Origin: Clostridia bacterium
GTDB lineage: Bacteria > Bacillota > Clostridia > Saccharofermentanales > UBA5734
Length of the DNA: 64,000 nucleotides
Assembly: GCA_040772685.1 (NCBI GenBank)
Contig: JAXGXQ010000007.1
Span: 18,490-82,489, forward strand
Direction: 5' to 3'
Both the position numbers and the translations under genes were made by a program. The notes beneath the pieces were generated by a model. The model made no database searches and had not been told where the DNA came from. It worked only from the letters and a program-made list of their open reading frames with translations. Of this stretch, positions 29,576 through 38,559 are shown in pieces. Each line of letters begins with the position of its first letter. The stretch's first letter is position 1.

Positions 29576-30815
29576 TTACGTCACCTCCTAAACGGCTGAA
29601 TTCCAGAAAGAAATCAGGGTAGCTTTTCCGGACTGATTCAGCGCCTTGTATTGTAACTCCATTTTTGCTGCGCAAAGCTGCCACAGCAAGTGCCATCGTT
29701 ATGCGATGATCGCCGGCGCTGTCAGCAATACCGCCTGTAAAAACCGGAGCAGTATGGCTGTGGTCACCAGTTGAAAGGCGGCGATTATAGTCGCCACCGT
29801 TTATTTGCAAGCCATCATCTGTTTCATTCACATCAGCCCCAATTGCATTTAGCGCTGCCGTTGTGCTGGCCAGGCGGTCACTTTCCTTAAAACGCAGACG
29901 AGCAGCGCGAACAATCGTCGTTATAGCGTCCAACTGGGCAGCAGCCACCGCGATAATCGGCACCAAGTCTGGTATTTGCGAGGCATCAATGGTATATAAG
30001 CTTCTGCCGGCAGCCTGGCCGCTGCTGAATTCAGCCAGAATTTCTACGATTTTTTTGTCGCCCTGACAGGAATCAGCCGACAACCCTGCCACCTGCAAGT
30101 TGCTGCCGCTAAAATTGGCGGTCAGCCAAAAAGCAGCCTGAGAATAATCTCGTTCAACCGTATAAGCAGTCGGCTGGTACTTTTGCCCGCCGGAAACAAC
30201 AAATTGACCGCCGGACACGCTGCAAGCTGCCGACTGCTCAACTTTCACGCCAAAACGGCGCATTGTATTTAATGTCATTTCAACATAAGGTGCCGACTCA
30301 AGCGGCGTCGTTAAGCTGATTTTCGAATTTCCTTCGAGCAGCGGCAGCGCCAGCAGCAGGCCGGATAAGTACTGCGAGCTGATATCGCCGCGCAAAGCAT
30401 AATCACCGGCACGCAACTGCCCGCTGATCGTAAGCGGCAGGCTGCCGGCTGCTGGAAAATTAAATTCAATGCCGTGCGGGCCCAAAATCTGTTCATATTC
30501 TCGCAGAGGCCTTGCCGGCAGCCGTCCATGGCCGACAAAACGGCTTTGCCGTCCTAAAGCAGCGGCAATTGGCAGGATCAGGCGCAGGGTTGTGCCAGAT
30601 TCTCCGCAATCAAGCACTGCTCCGGGTTGTGAAAGCGCCGCCAGACAGGACTGAGTTGCCAACAGGTCTTCTGAAAACGGGGGCTCAAGGCCTTGTACGC
30701 TTTCAGGCTTTCCAGCCAGCGCGGCACAAATCAAGGCGCGGTGGGCATCACTTTTTGAAGGCGGTGGCGTTATCCGGCCATTCAGAACTCCCGGTCCAAC
30801 AAAAACATTAGACAT
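29556..30815 (-). CDS. aroA: 3-phosphoshikimate 1-carboxyvinyltransferase (EPSP synthase)
   Basis: 419 aa: PPSKSDAHRALICAAL...CGESGTTLRLILP...RLKESDR-type motif (RFKESDRLAS)...DHRITMALAVAAL. Confidence 0.94.
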   Translation of the reverse strand: MSNVFVGPGVLNGRITPPPSKSDAHRALICAALAGKPESVQGLEPPFSEDLLATQSCLAALSQPGAVLDCGESGTTLRLILPIAAALGRQSRFVGHGRLPARPLREYEQILGPHGIEFNFPAAGSLPLTISGQLRAGDYALRGDISSQYLSGLLLALPLLEGNSKISLTTPLESAPYVEMTLNTMRRFGVKVEQSAACSVSGGQFVVSGGQKYQPTAYTVERDYSQAAFWLTANFSGSNLQVAGLSADSCQGDKKIVEILAEFSSGQAAGRSLYTIDASQIPDLVPIIAVAAAQLDAITTIVRAARLRFKESDRLASTTAALNAIGADVNETDDGLQINGGDYNRRLSTGDHSHTAPVFTGGIADSAGDHRITMALAVAALRSKNGVTIQGAESVRKSYPDFFLEFSRLGGDVNGLDLG

Positions 30816-31875
30816 TGGGCCATACTTCCTGAAATACCTGATTAAATTCGGTCAGTGGCATGGGTTGGACGAAGCCAACTCCAAGTTCGCGCAGCAAAAC
30901 AAAATTTATCCGGTCAGAACGTTTCTTTTTATCAGCCTTTACTGCTCCTAAAAGATCCTCAGCTTTAAGCTCCGGTGCACGCAAGGGCAATCCATTCGTT
31001 TCCAGTACCGCAACCGTGCGTTCCCTGATACCGGCAGGAGTGCAGCCGATCTTTTCTCCCACGGCTATTGCCGCCATCATGCCAATTGCCACGGCCTCAC
31101 CGTGAGCATATTTGCTGAAGCCTGTTACCAGCTCAATCGCGTGTCCAATGGTGTGACCAAAATTAAGCAGCATGCGTTCGCCGTGATCCTGTTCATCGCG
31201 GGCTACAATTCCGGCTTTAATGCGCACACAACGGTCGATCACCCACTCGAGATCATAGGTCTTTTGTTCGATCTGCCGAAAAAGTTCAGCATCGCTGATC
31301 AGTCCTGTTTTGATAATTTCAGCCAGCCCTTCTGAGAAGCGGCGCCGGTTAAGTGAGCGCAGTACAAGCGGGTCGATAACAACAGCCTGCGGCTGGTAGA
31401 CAGTACCCACCAGGTTTTTGCCATAGGGCAGATCAACTCCGTTTTTGCCGCCAATAGAAGAATCAACCTGAGCCAACAAAGTGGTAGGTACCTGCATCAG
31501 CGGTATGCCCCGCAAGTAAGTCGCGGCCGCGAATCCAGCCAGGTCACCCACTACTCCGCCTCCCAGGGCAATAACCAGGTCTTCGCGGGAAAGACCGGCA
31601 GTGGCAAAAGCTTCATAGAGCAATAATGCTGTAGCCATTGTTTTACTGGCCTCGCCAGGCCTGATGACAGCCGAGGCAACTTCAAAGCCTGCTGCCTCAA
31701 GTGTCTGCCGCAATGATTGGTAGTAAAGAGCCGCCACATTTTCGTCGGTGACAACTACGGCACGGCGGCCGCGGCAACAGCTTGCCGCGACAATTCCGGC
31801 GTGCAGGGTTAACGCGTTGCCGGCAATGCGGATAGGGTAAGATCCAGCTTGATCAGAAGATAAAAGTTCTGGCAT
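30808..31875 (-). CDS. aroB: 3-dehydroquinate synthase
   Basis: 355 aa: GGGVVGDLAGFAAATYLRGIPLMQVPTTLLAQVDSSIGGKNGV...NFGHTIGHAIE...HGEAVAIGM. Confidence 0.95.
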   Translation of the reverse strand: MPELLSSDQAGSYPIRIAGNALTLHAGIVAASCCRGRRAVVVTDENVAALYYQSLRQTLEAAGFEVASAVIRPGEASKTMATALLLYEAFATAGLSREDLVIALGGGVVGDLAGFAAATYLRGIPLMQVPTTLLAQVDSSIGGKNGVDLPYGKNLVGTVYQPQAVVIDPLVLRSLNRRRFSEGLAEIIKTGLISDAELFRQIEQKTYDLEWVIDRCVRIKAGIVARDEQDHGERMLLNFGHTIGHAIELVTGFSKYAHGEAVAIGMMAAIAVGEKIGCTPAGIRERTVAVLETNGLPLRAPELKAEDLLGAVKADKKKRSDRINFVLLRELGVGFVQPMPLTEFNQVFQEVWPNV

Positions 31876-31889
31876 TATGGTCTCCTCGT

Positions 31890-32906
31890 TCAGATCGTGC
31901 GGCCAACAGCTTCTGCGATCGGGCGCAGTTCAGAAACAAGTTGGTTAAATGCGGTCGGAGTCAGAGACTGCGCCCCATCAGAAAGAGCGTTTTTAGGGTC
32001 ATTGTGCACTTCAATAATCAGGCCGTCAGCACCGGCTGCTACGGCAGCCTTGGCCAGGGCAGGTACCAGAGCCGCTTGTCCGGCAGCATGGCTCGGATCG
32101 ACAAAAACTGGTAGATGAGTCAGCCGCTTAAGTACAGGTACTGCGGAAATATCCAGCGTGTTGCGTGTGCTTGTTTCAAAAGTGCGAATACCCCGCTCGC
32201 AGAGGATAACATCAGAATTACCGCCGCTCATGATATATTCAGCCGACATCAGCCATTCTTCAATGGTATTGGAAAACCCTCGCTTCAATAGAACCGGCTT
32301 GCGCACGCGGCCCAGTTCTTTCAGGAGCTCAAAATTTTGCATATTCCTGGCGCCCACCTGAATAATATCGACAAATTCCATGAACATTTCCAGTTGAGAT
32401 GGGTTTGTTATTTCAGAAACAACCGGCAATCCAGTTTGTTCCCGTGCTTTTTTCATGTAAAGCAGACCTTCGGCCTTCAAGCCCTGGAAAGCATAAGGTG
32501 AAGAACGCGGCTTGAAGGCGCCGCCGCGCAACAGGACTGCTCCGGAGGCTGAAACTTCTCTGGCCAGCATTTTTACCTGTTCTTCCGATTCAACAGAACA
32601 GGGGCCGGCAGCAATGCAAATCCGCTGACTGCCAATTTCAACATTGCCGACTTTGATCACAGTATCATCTGGATGAAATTTGCGATTGGCGCGTTTGTAA
32701 GGTTCCTGGACTTTCAGCACCCGCTCAACCGAGTCGTCCATTTCCAGGCTTGTTATATCAATATCCGAGGTGTCGCCGACCAGGCCAACAATTATAGTGC
32801 TGCTGCCAAAAATCGGGCTTGTCTGCACGCCATAGGCGGCCTGCAGGCGGGAGCAAAGCTCGTCAACTTTCTGGTGGTCGGTTCCCTGTTTGAGAATTAG
32901 AATCAT
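31890..32906 (-). CDS. aroF: DAHP synthase, type I-beta with N-terminal ferredoxin-like regulatory domain
   Basis: 338 aa. N-terminal domain of about 70 aa ([22 protein letters not shown]...), then a KDSA-like barrel ([13 protein letters not shown]...[18 protein letters not shown]...DPSHAAG). Confidence 0.9.
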   Translation of the reverse strand: MILILKQGTDHQKVDELCSRLQAAYGVQTSPIFGSSTIIVGLVGDTSDIDITSLEMDDSVERVLKVQEPYKRANRKFHPDDTVIKVGNVEIGSQRICIAAGPCSVESEEQVKMLAREVSASGAVLLRGGAFKPRSSPYAFQGLKAEGLLYMKKAREQTGLPVVSEITNPSQLEMFMEFVDIIQVGARNMQNFELLKELGRVRKPVLLKRGFSNTIEEWLMSAEYIMSGGNSDVILCERGIRTFETSTRNTLDISAVPVLKRLTHLPVFVDPSHAAGQAALVPALAKAAVAAGADGLIIEVHNDPKNALSDGAQSLTPTAFNQLVSELRPIAEAVGRTI

Positions 32907-32998
32907 GGTGGTACTCCTTAAAATTTGTTATGTCCAGGTCATGTACAAGGTTTTATACTCAGCAGCCCGGCTCGAGCCAGAGACCAGGTTTTTCAACT

Positions 32999-34450
32999 TC
33001 AAATATCTGCCAGGCCCAAACTATAGACAATCTTTTCGATTACTGCTGCTTCATCTCCAGCAGCATTGACCGAGAGATCTGCAGTTGCAATATAGCTGGG
33101 CAGGCGTTTTTCATACAGCAGGTGTGTGCGCTGGGCAACATCACCATCCAACATCGGCCTGCCAGCCCCGTCAGCCAGCCGTTTGCTCAATTCCGCAATC
33201 GGCACATGTAAAAATACTGTCTGGGTCGGGTGTGCTCTAAGCAAATCTGTCGTTTCTGGTTCTACCAGTGCGCCGCCCCCAACAGACAACACAAGGCTTC
33301 CCGGTTGATTAAGTACTTTTTCCAGAGTCTGGCGCTCAAAGGCCCGGAACCAGGGCTCCCCCTGGTCAGCGAATATTTCCGGGATGCTCTGCCCTTTTGT
33401 GCGTTCCATTGTCGCATCGAGATCAATAAATGGCAATTTTAAGCGATCTGCCAGGCCTTTGCCGATTGTTGACTTCCCGCTGCCCATAAACCCGTTAAGA
33501 ATAATTTTGATCGGGAAACGGCTGAAAACAGCACCGGGCAGTGTTTTGCGGATCGCCGCCTGATCCTCCGATGTGAATACGGCATCCGGATGCCAGATCT
33601 GCTGAGCTGCTAATGCCTGTTCGAAGAGCATGCCCAGCCCATTGCGTATGATTGGCTCTTTTACCCGGGGCAGGTTGCTGGTTGCCGATTTATCACTATC
33701 GCCTGTTTTCAGGTCGGCAAGAATATGTTCAGGGGAAAGCGAATGACCAACTAATAACAGTTTTGTCGCTAAAGGGTTGTAAATCGTGTCATAGAGACAG
33801 CCGGCAGCACGAGCTATTGCTTCTGGCAGAGGCAAAGCTCCAGTATGCGGCCACATCCCTGCGGGGGTACCATTAAGAACTACATCGAAAGGCTCAGAGG
33901 TGCTGAGAGCCTCAAGCGAAATTGCTTTTACGCCTAATTCGCTTGCGAGTTTTTCGCTGCGGCTGTTTGTGCGCGAAGCGATCCAGACATCTCCACCCGC
34001 CAGGCGACTTTCCCAGACCATAGTACGGGCGACTCCGCCCGCGCCTGTAACCAAAACCCGGCGCCCAGCCAATGGCAGCTGTTCTCGCCGGAATCCGATC
34101 CGGTCGGTATTGAAGCCACGTCGTTGGGAAACCGTATTGACAGCGCCAAATTCTGCCGCTGAGATGTCAAGGCCAGTCAGGAATGGGATCACAGCTTCTT
34201 TGTGAGGAATGGTGATATTGAAACCATCAAACTCATTGAAGAGTTTTGGCATGTTCGCTTCTAAGTTCTCCGGCGCGATTTCAATCAGTTCATAAGTGCC
34301 TTTGATCCCGGCCGCGGCCATCAGTGATTCATGAATCAGAGGTGAAAGGCTGTGCCCCAGAGGATAGCCCAATAAGCCATGCCGAAAAACCTGTTTAGAT
34401 TCTGTATTATGCGGTCCTTTTGCTGTGTTAAGTTGTTCAGTCGACATCAT
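32999..34450 (-). CDS. aroE: Fusion protein: shikimate dehydrogenase (AroE, N-terminal) plus shikimate kinase (AroK, C-terminal ~165 aa)
   Basis: 483 aa. GLLGYPLGHSLSPLIHE...FNITIPHKE...VNTV...VTGAGGVARTM is AroE. KIILNGFMGSGKSTIGKGLADRLKLPFIDLDATMERTKGQSIPEIFADQGEPWFRAFE is AroK (Walker A at about 33471-33495). Confidence 0.9.
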   Translation of the reverse strand: MMSTEQLNTAKGPHNTESKQVFRHGLLGYPLGHSLSPLIHESLMAAAGIKGTYELIEIAPENLEANMPKLFNEFDGFNITIPHKEAVIPFLTGLDISAAEFGAVNTVSQRRGFNTDRIGFRREQLPLAGRRVLVTGAGGVARTMVWESRLAGGDVWIASRTNSRSEKLASELGVKAISLEALSTSEPFDVVLNGTPAGMWPHTGALPLPEAIARAAGCLYDTIYNPLATKLLLVGHSLSPEHILADLKTGDSDKSATSNLPRVKEPIIRNGLGMLFEQALAAQQIWHPDAVFTSEDQAAIRKTLPGAVFSRFPIKIILNGFMGSGKSTIGKGLADRLKLPFIDLDATMERTKGQSIPEIFADQGEPWFRAFERQTLEKVLNQPGSLVLSVGGGALVEPETTDLLRAHPTQTVFLHVPIAELSKRLADGAGRPMLDGDVAQRTHLLYEKRLPSYIATADLSVNAAGDEAAVIEKIVYSLGLADI

Positions 34451-35561
34451 AACCGGCCTCCTTCAAACAAGCAGCGGCTGCCAGAGCCTGACGCGTATCC
34501 GGAAACATCAGCTGCAAAGCGCCGCCAGCGTAGGACCGGGCGTCGCGAATATGGATGTTGCGAATATTTATGCCCTGCTCTCCCAATAAAGTTGTAATCC
34601 GCCCCAACTCGCCTGGGCGGTCAGGCAGTCTGACAGTTAATGAACTCAATGCCTCGAGCGCGCCGCGACCATCGATTGGTAAAGCTTCGCGATACAAGGC
34701 GGCTGCAGCAAATAGACGGTGCAGTGAGGTCTTGTCTCCTGTTTCAAGTGCTGTTGTAAACTCAGTAATCAAATCAAGGTAGCAACGCAAAACCGGCAGC
34801 AAAGCCGGCCGGGCGGAAAAACAAATTGAAGTCCAAAGGTCTGGGTTTGAGGACGCTATGCGAGTGATATCGCGAAAACCGCCGGCAGCCAATTGGCCCA
34901 GCAGCGGGTCTTCCGCACGATCCGCCAAAAGGCAAAGCGCGGCTGCGGCAATATGAGGCATGTGGCTGATCGCGGCAACTGCCCGGTCATGTTCTGCCGG
35001 AGTCAGGTACAATGGGATAGCGCCAATCGCGCGTACCAATGCTGAGATTAAGTTCACATCCGCGTCTGTCCGGATGCTTGCTGCTGGCGGCGGGCAGATT
35101 ACATAAATCGCGTTTTCGAACAAACCGGCAGCAGACGCTGCATAGCCAACCCTTTCCGAGCCGGCCATCGGATGACCGCCAATATAGCGCTTTGCTTCAA
35201 TGTTCTCGGAAATTTCAAGTTTGGTACTTGCTGCATCGGTAAGAATACCATCACAAAACAGGGCTATTCTGTTAACCAGCGGTGCAACTGTTTCGGCAGG
35301 TGTGCAAACAAATACGATATCTATATTGTTAAGGCTGCTGAAGTCCGTCTCATTTACCGGAGCTGACGGCAATAGCAGAACTTCATCCGCTGTACCATCA
35401 ACAGTGGCCAGGCGCAAAACTTCTTCATCGCGATCGCAGGCGGTCAGGGAGGCGATTTTGACCTGGCTTTTCAGGGCACGGGCAAGTGACCCGCCGATTA
35501 ACCCAAGGCCGACAATGGCTATACGCAATTCTTGCAAAGATACTGTTCCAGGATCAGACAT
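34437..35561 (-). CDS. tyrA: Prephenate dehydrogenase with C-terminal ACT domain
   Basis: The track ORF starts at 35597, inside pilT. I prefer the ATG at 35561 (MSDPGTVSLQELRIAIVGLGLIGGSLA..., 374 aa), which removes the overlap. GHPMAGSE motif. ACT-like C-terminus (LTVRLPDRPGELGRITTLLGEQGINIRNI). Start-site choice is uncertain. Confidence 0.88.
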   Translation of the reverse strand: MSDPGTVSLQELRIAIVGLGLIGGSLARALKSQVKIASLTACDRDEEVLRLATVDGTADEVLLLPSAPVNETDFSSLNNIDIVFVCTPAETVAPLVNRIALFCDGILTDAASTKLEISENIEAKRYIGGHPMAGSERVGYAASAAGLFENAIYVICPPPAASIRTDADVNLISALVRAIGAIPLYLTPAEHDRAVAAISHMPHIAAAALCLLADRAEDPLLGQLAAGGFRDITRIASSNPDLWTSICFSARPALLPVLRCYLDLITEFTTALETGDKTSLHRLFAAAALYREALPIDGRGALEALSSLTVRLPDRPGELGRITTLLGEQGINIRNIHIRDARSYAGGALQLMFPDTRQALAAAACLKEAGYDVD

Positions 35562-35565
35562 CGTT

Positions 35566-36705
35566 TCAGTTTCCGTCTTTCTTAATATCGGCATCAAGAC
35601 TGCGAGTCATCGCTTCTACGTTGGTGGCGCAATGCAACGCCTTATCCCGGCTGATTAACTGCTGACGATAAAGGCGCAAAATACTGTGGTCCATTGTTGA
35701 CATCCCGTTAGCCGTGTTCATCTGAATAACACCGTCTATCTGAGGAGTTTTGCTCTCCCGGATCATATTACGAATAGCACTGTTCATTTTCATTATTTCA
35801 AAAGCAGCCAGTTGACCACGTGATTCCGATGCTATCAACTGCTGCGAAACAACAGCCTGAAGTACTGTGGAAAGCTGAATCCGGATTTGCTGTTGTTGCG
35901 AGGGCGGAAAAACATCGATGATCCGATCGATAGTTTTAGCAGCCCCGATAGTATGAAGGGTGGAAAGGACAAGATGCCCGGTTTCAGCTGCGGTCAGCGC
36001 TATGGATATTGTCTCCAGATCGCGCATTTCACCAATCAGAATTACGTCCGGTGTCTGGCGCAGGGCCGCGCGCAGGGCAATACGGTAGGAATCACTGTCC
36101 GTACCGATTTCCCGCTGATTGACAATGCTTTTGCGGTGTTGGTGCAGATATTCGATTGGATCCTCCAGAGTAAGTATGTGGCAGGAGCGTTCGTTGTTGA
36201 TCCGGTCTATCAAAGCAGCCAGGGTGGTTGTTTTGCCGCAGCCGGTGGGGCCGGTAACCAATACCAGACCCTGCCGCAGGCGTGAGAGTTCCATTACAGT
36301 GTCAGGGATTGCCAGTTCTTCCGGATCAGGTAAAAAAGTATAAATCCGCCGAATCGATACCGCTGCAGAGCCGCGCTGAGTGAAAATGTTGACGCGAAAG
36401 CGGCCGATTTGTGGGACCGACAAGGAAAAATCATGTTCGCCGCCGGGGTTGAGCTCACTTTGCGGTCTGCCGGCACGAGTCAAAAATGCCAGTGCGATTT
36501 CTTTGGTATCTGCCGGAGTAAGCCTGTCCCGCCCTTCCACCGGATGCAGCTCACCGTTGATCCGGAACGTAGGCGGTACACCAACTGTAATCAGGATATC
36601 CGAAGCATTCTGTTCAGCTGCCTCAGTTAAAATCGCGAGAATATATTCCCGGCACTTTTCATCCAGACTCAGGGATGCCGTTTTTAGTACATCAGAACTG
36701 CTCAT
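35566..36705 (-). CDS. pilT: Type IV pilus retraction-type ATPase PilT
   Basis: 379 aa: DILITVGVPPTFRINGEL, Walker A GPTGCGKTTT, Asp/His boxes, and the PilT-specific AIRNLIRE-type motif (NSAIRNMIRESKTPQI). ATGA overlap with the upstream gene. Confidence 0.88.
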   Translation of the reverse strand: MSSSDVLKTASLSLDEKCREYILAILTEAAEQNASDILITVGVPPTFRINGELHPVEGRDRLTPADTKEIALAFLTRAGRPQSELNPGGEHDFSLSVPQIGRFRVNIFTQRGSAAVSIRRIYTFLPDPEELAIPDTVMELSRLRQGLVLVTGPTGCGKTTTLAALIDRINNERSCHILTLEDPIEYLHQHRKSIVNQREIGTDSDSYRIALRAALRQTPDVILIGEMRDLETISIALTAAETGHLVLSTLHTIGAAKTIDRIIDVFPPSQQQQIRIQLSTVLQAVVSQQLIASESRGQLAAFEIMKMNSAIRNMIRESKTPQIDGVIQMNTANGMSTMDHSILRLYRQQLISRDKALHCATNVEAMTRSLDADIKKDGN

Positions 36706-37226
36706 TCAAGCTCACCTTTCCAAACGCCGCCTTCGTCACTGTCATAATCAAACGGTTCTTGCCAGGCTGTCCAGCGGTTTATTACCAGCTGAGGTTTGTT
36801 TGCGCCGGCAGCCTGTTCAGCCAGACTTAATCCTACTTCTATTGCCTGGTCTTCATGCCAGCATCGGAACAGCAAGTCACTGTCAGCTTCAAGCCCGGTT
36901 TCCAGCTGTTCAACGTTAGCCAGTTGTTCAAGATACCCTTGCAGCTGTTTCACTGTTGCGTCTCGTGTCGCCGCCGGTTGAGAAGTCTGCTGGGATATCT
37001 GATAGCGCCGCAGATCAGCAACAACATTAACTGCGGCCTGATCGGCTGCGTAGTAGGCACTGACCCACTCAGCCCGGCGATTGGCCAGGCGGTTATCAGC
37101 TGCGGTGGTTACCAGCGAAAGAACCCCGAAAAATATCAACAAAACCAGCAGTAGCACAATTAAGGCAGAAGCCGAGCCGCGGCGGCCGCGCCAGGCGCGC
37201 CACGATTTTAACCGCTTGTTTTTCAT
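36702..37226 (-). CDS. Pilin-like/PilX- or ComGG-like membrane protein lacking Glu+5
   Basis: 174 aa. Basic N-terminus then G|SASALIVLLLVLLIFFGVLSL hydrophobic helix. No conserved Glu at +5. Lies in the pilus operon with ATGA overlaps on both sides. Confidence 0.6.
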   Translation of the reverse strand: MKNKRLKSWRAWRGRRGSASALIVLLLVLLIFFGVLSLVTTAADNRLANRRAEWVSAYYAADQAAVNVVADLRRYQISQQTSQPAATRDATVKQLQGYLEQLANVEQLETGLEADSDLLFRCWHEDQAIEVGLSLAEQAAGANKPQLVINRWTAWQEPFDYDSDEGGVWKGELE

Positions 37227-37741
37227 GGCGCTGTTACCTCCGGTGCTAAGCGGGCAGCTGTCAGCTTAAAAACCAAGTCGCCCTCCAGGCTTAAAATGTT
37301 GATCTGTAAAGCTTCTGTTCCTGTTTCCTGCTGGTCAGCCAGCTTTAGCTCTGCCTTAATCTCAATACGCGCACTGCCTGGCTCAACAGCTTGCAAATCA
37401 CCAGTATAATTCAGGCGCAGAATCTGGGCTGGCTGCAAAGGCCCGGCTGTAAAAGGATTATCTGCAAGTGCGCTATATTCAGGTTGGTCAAGACCTGCCT
37501 GCCAGCCTTCAGCCAGATTGCGGGCGCAAAGCACCGCGCTGTCGAGGCGGTCGGTTCTGGTTGTTAAAGTGTGGGCAGCAGCAAAGAGCTGGACAACAAT
37601 AACGCTGAAAACAGCAAGCAGAGCAATTGCTGCGATCATTTCCGCCAGAGTGAACCCTCGCCGTCTATTGCGCGCATTCATGGTTTTAATCAGGGCGCGC
37701 CACCTGCTCAAGGAGTTTTTTCCTCTCTGCCGCACGCTCAT
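37223..37741 (-). CDS. Prepilin-type (class III signal) minor pilin/pseudopilin
   Basis: The start is chosen at the ATG at 37741, which makes an ATGA overlap with the upstream stop (172 aa). Signal is ...NRRRG|FTLAEMIAAIALLAVFSVIVV (Gly-1, Phe+1, Glu+5). Confidence 0.8.
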   Translation of the reverse strand: MSVRQRGKNSLSRWRALIKTMNARNRRRGFTLAEMIAAIALLAVFSVIVVQLFAAAHTLTTRTDRLDSAVLCARNLAEGWQAGLDQPEYSALADNPFTAGPLQPAQILRLNYTGDLQAVEPGSARIEIKAELKLADQQETGTEALQINILSLEGDLVFKLTAARLAPEVTAP

Positions 37742-38244
37742 GGTGTTCCCTCCTGCACGGCACGTAAATGGATCCATTGGCTGGCGGAAAGTGGAGTATC
37801 TGAACCCGAAGTTAAAGTCAAAACCAATAACTGCTTACCAGCAAATCTGACTTCCATTTTATCTGCTCTGGCAATTTCAGCGGCCATATCAGCGTTAACT
37901 TCGAGTCCTTTGCGGCTAAACAGCTCTTTTAGCATTCCAGCTTCGACATAGAGCTGTGTTTCGTACACATCGCCTTCAATCTCTTGCGTCAGAACCAAAG
38001 CCTGCCCGCCTCCGAACGGTGCCGGCCGAATTTCAACTGTCCCAACACCATCATTTTTTTTCAGGCGAACATCCAAATAAGAAAGTCCGATACGTAAATC
38101 TGCTGACTGATCGCGGTTGGCGTAAATTCTGGCATAAGCTGCACTACCGACATCGGTCAGCAAAAATACTGCAACCGCGACAAATGTCAGCAATAACAAC
38201 ACCAGCACCAGCTCGATCAGAGTATAGCCTTTTCTACTTCTCAT
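37738..38244 (-). CDS. Prepilin-type (class III signal) minor pilin/pseudopilin
   Basis: 168 aa: MRSRKG|YTLIELVLVLLLLTFVAVAVFLL, a textbook prepilin cleavage/methylation motif. Confidence 0.85.
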   Translation of the reverse strand: MRSRKGYTLIELVLVLLLLTFVAVAVFLLTDVGSAAYARIYANRDQSADLRIGLSYLDVRLKKNDGVGTVEIRPAPFGGGQALVLTQEIEGDVYETQLYVEAGMLKELFSRKGLEVNADMAAEIARADKMEVRFAGKQLLVLTLTSGSDTPLSASQWIHLRAVQEGTP

Positions 38245-38549
38245 TTACTTTGCACCTCGATGATCGGACGAATATTGGCTCCGACCACCTCGTAATAATA
38301 ATCGTAGTTATCCCGGTCAATTATCAGACCGTAATTCGCCTCCAGATAGTCAAGGTCGGGAGGATAAGCGCCTTCCAGCGCATAACACTGGCGGGCTGCA
38401 CGGTCTATCGCGACTGCGGCAATTTCAAGCTGCTCCGCAGCGCGGCGCTCAGGCAAACCAGCCAGCGCGCTGCCGATCAAAATCAGGATGATCAGAACCA
38501 GCGCGGCTACTACAATCAGCGCAATGCTTTGAGGGTTTATCCGTTTCAT
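38241..38549 (-). CDS. Small pilin-like membrane protein in the major-pilin position but without a prepilin cleavage motif
   Basis: The best start is the ATG at 38549 (GAGGTGG SD overlapping the pilC stop), 102 aa: MKRINPQSIALIVVAALVLIILILIGSALAG... followed by AAVAIDRAARQCYALEGAYPPDLDYLEANY. That resembles the GspG/ComGC-type Y.L..G.YP..L..L region. Confidence 0.55.
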   Translation of the reverse strand: MKRINPQSIALIVVAALVLIILILIGSALAGLPERRAAEQLEIAAVAIDRAARQCYALEGAYPPDLDYLEANYGLIIDRDNYDYYYEVVGANIRPIIEVQSK

Positions 38550-38559
38550 GGCTGCCACC

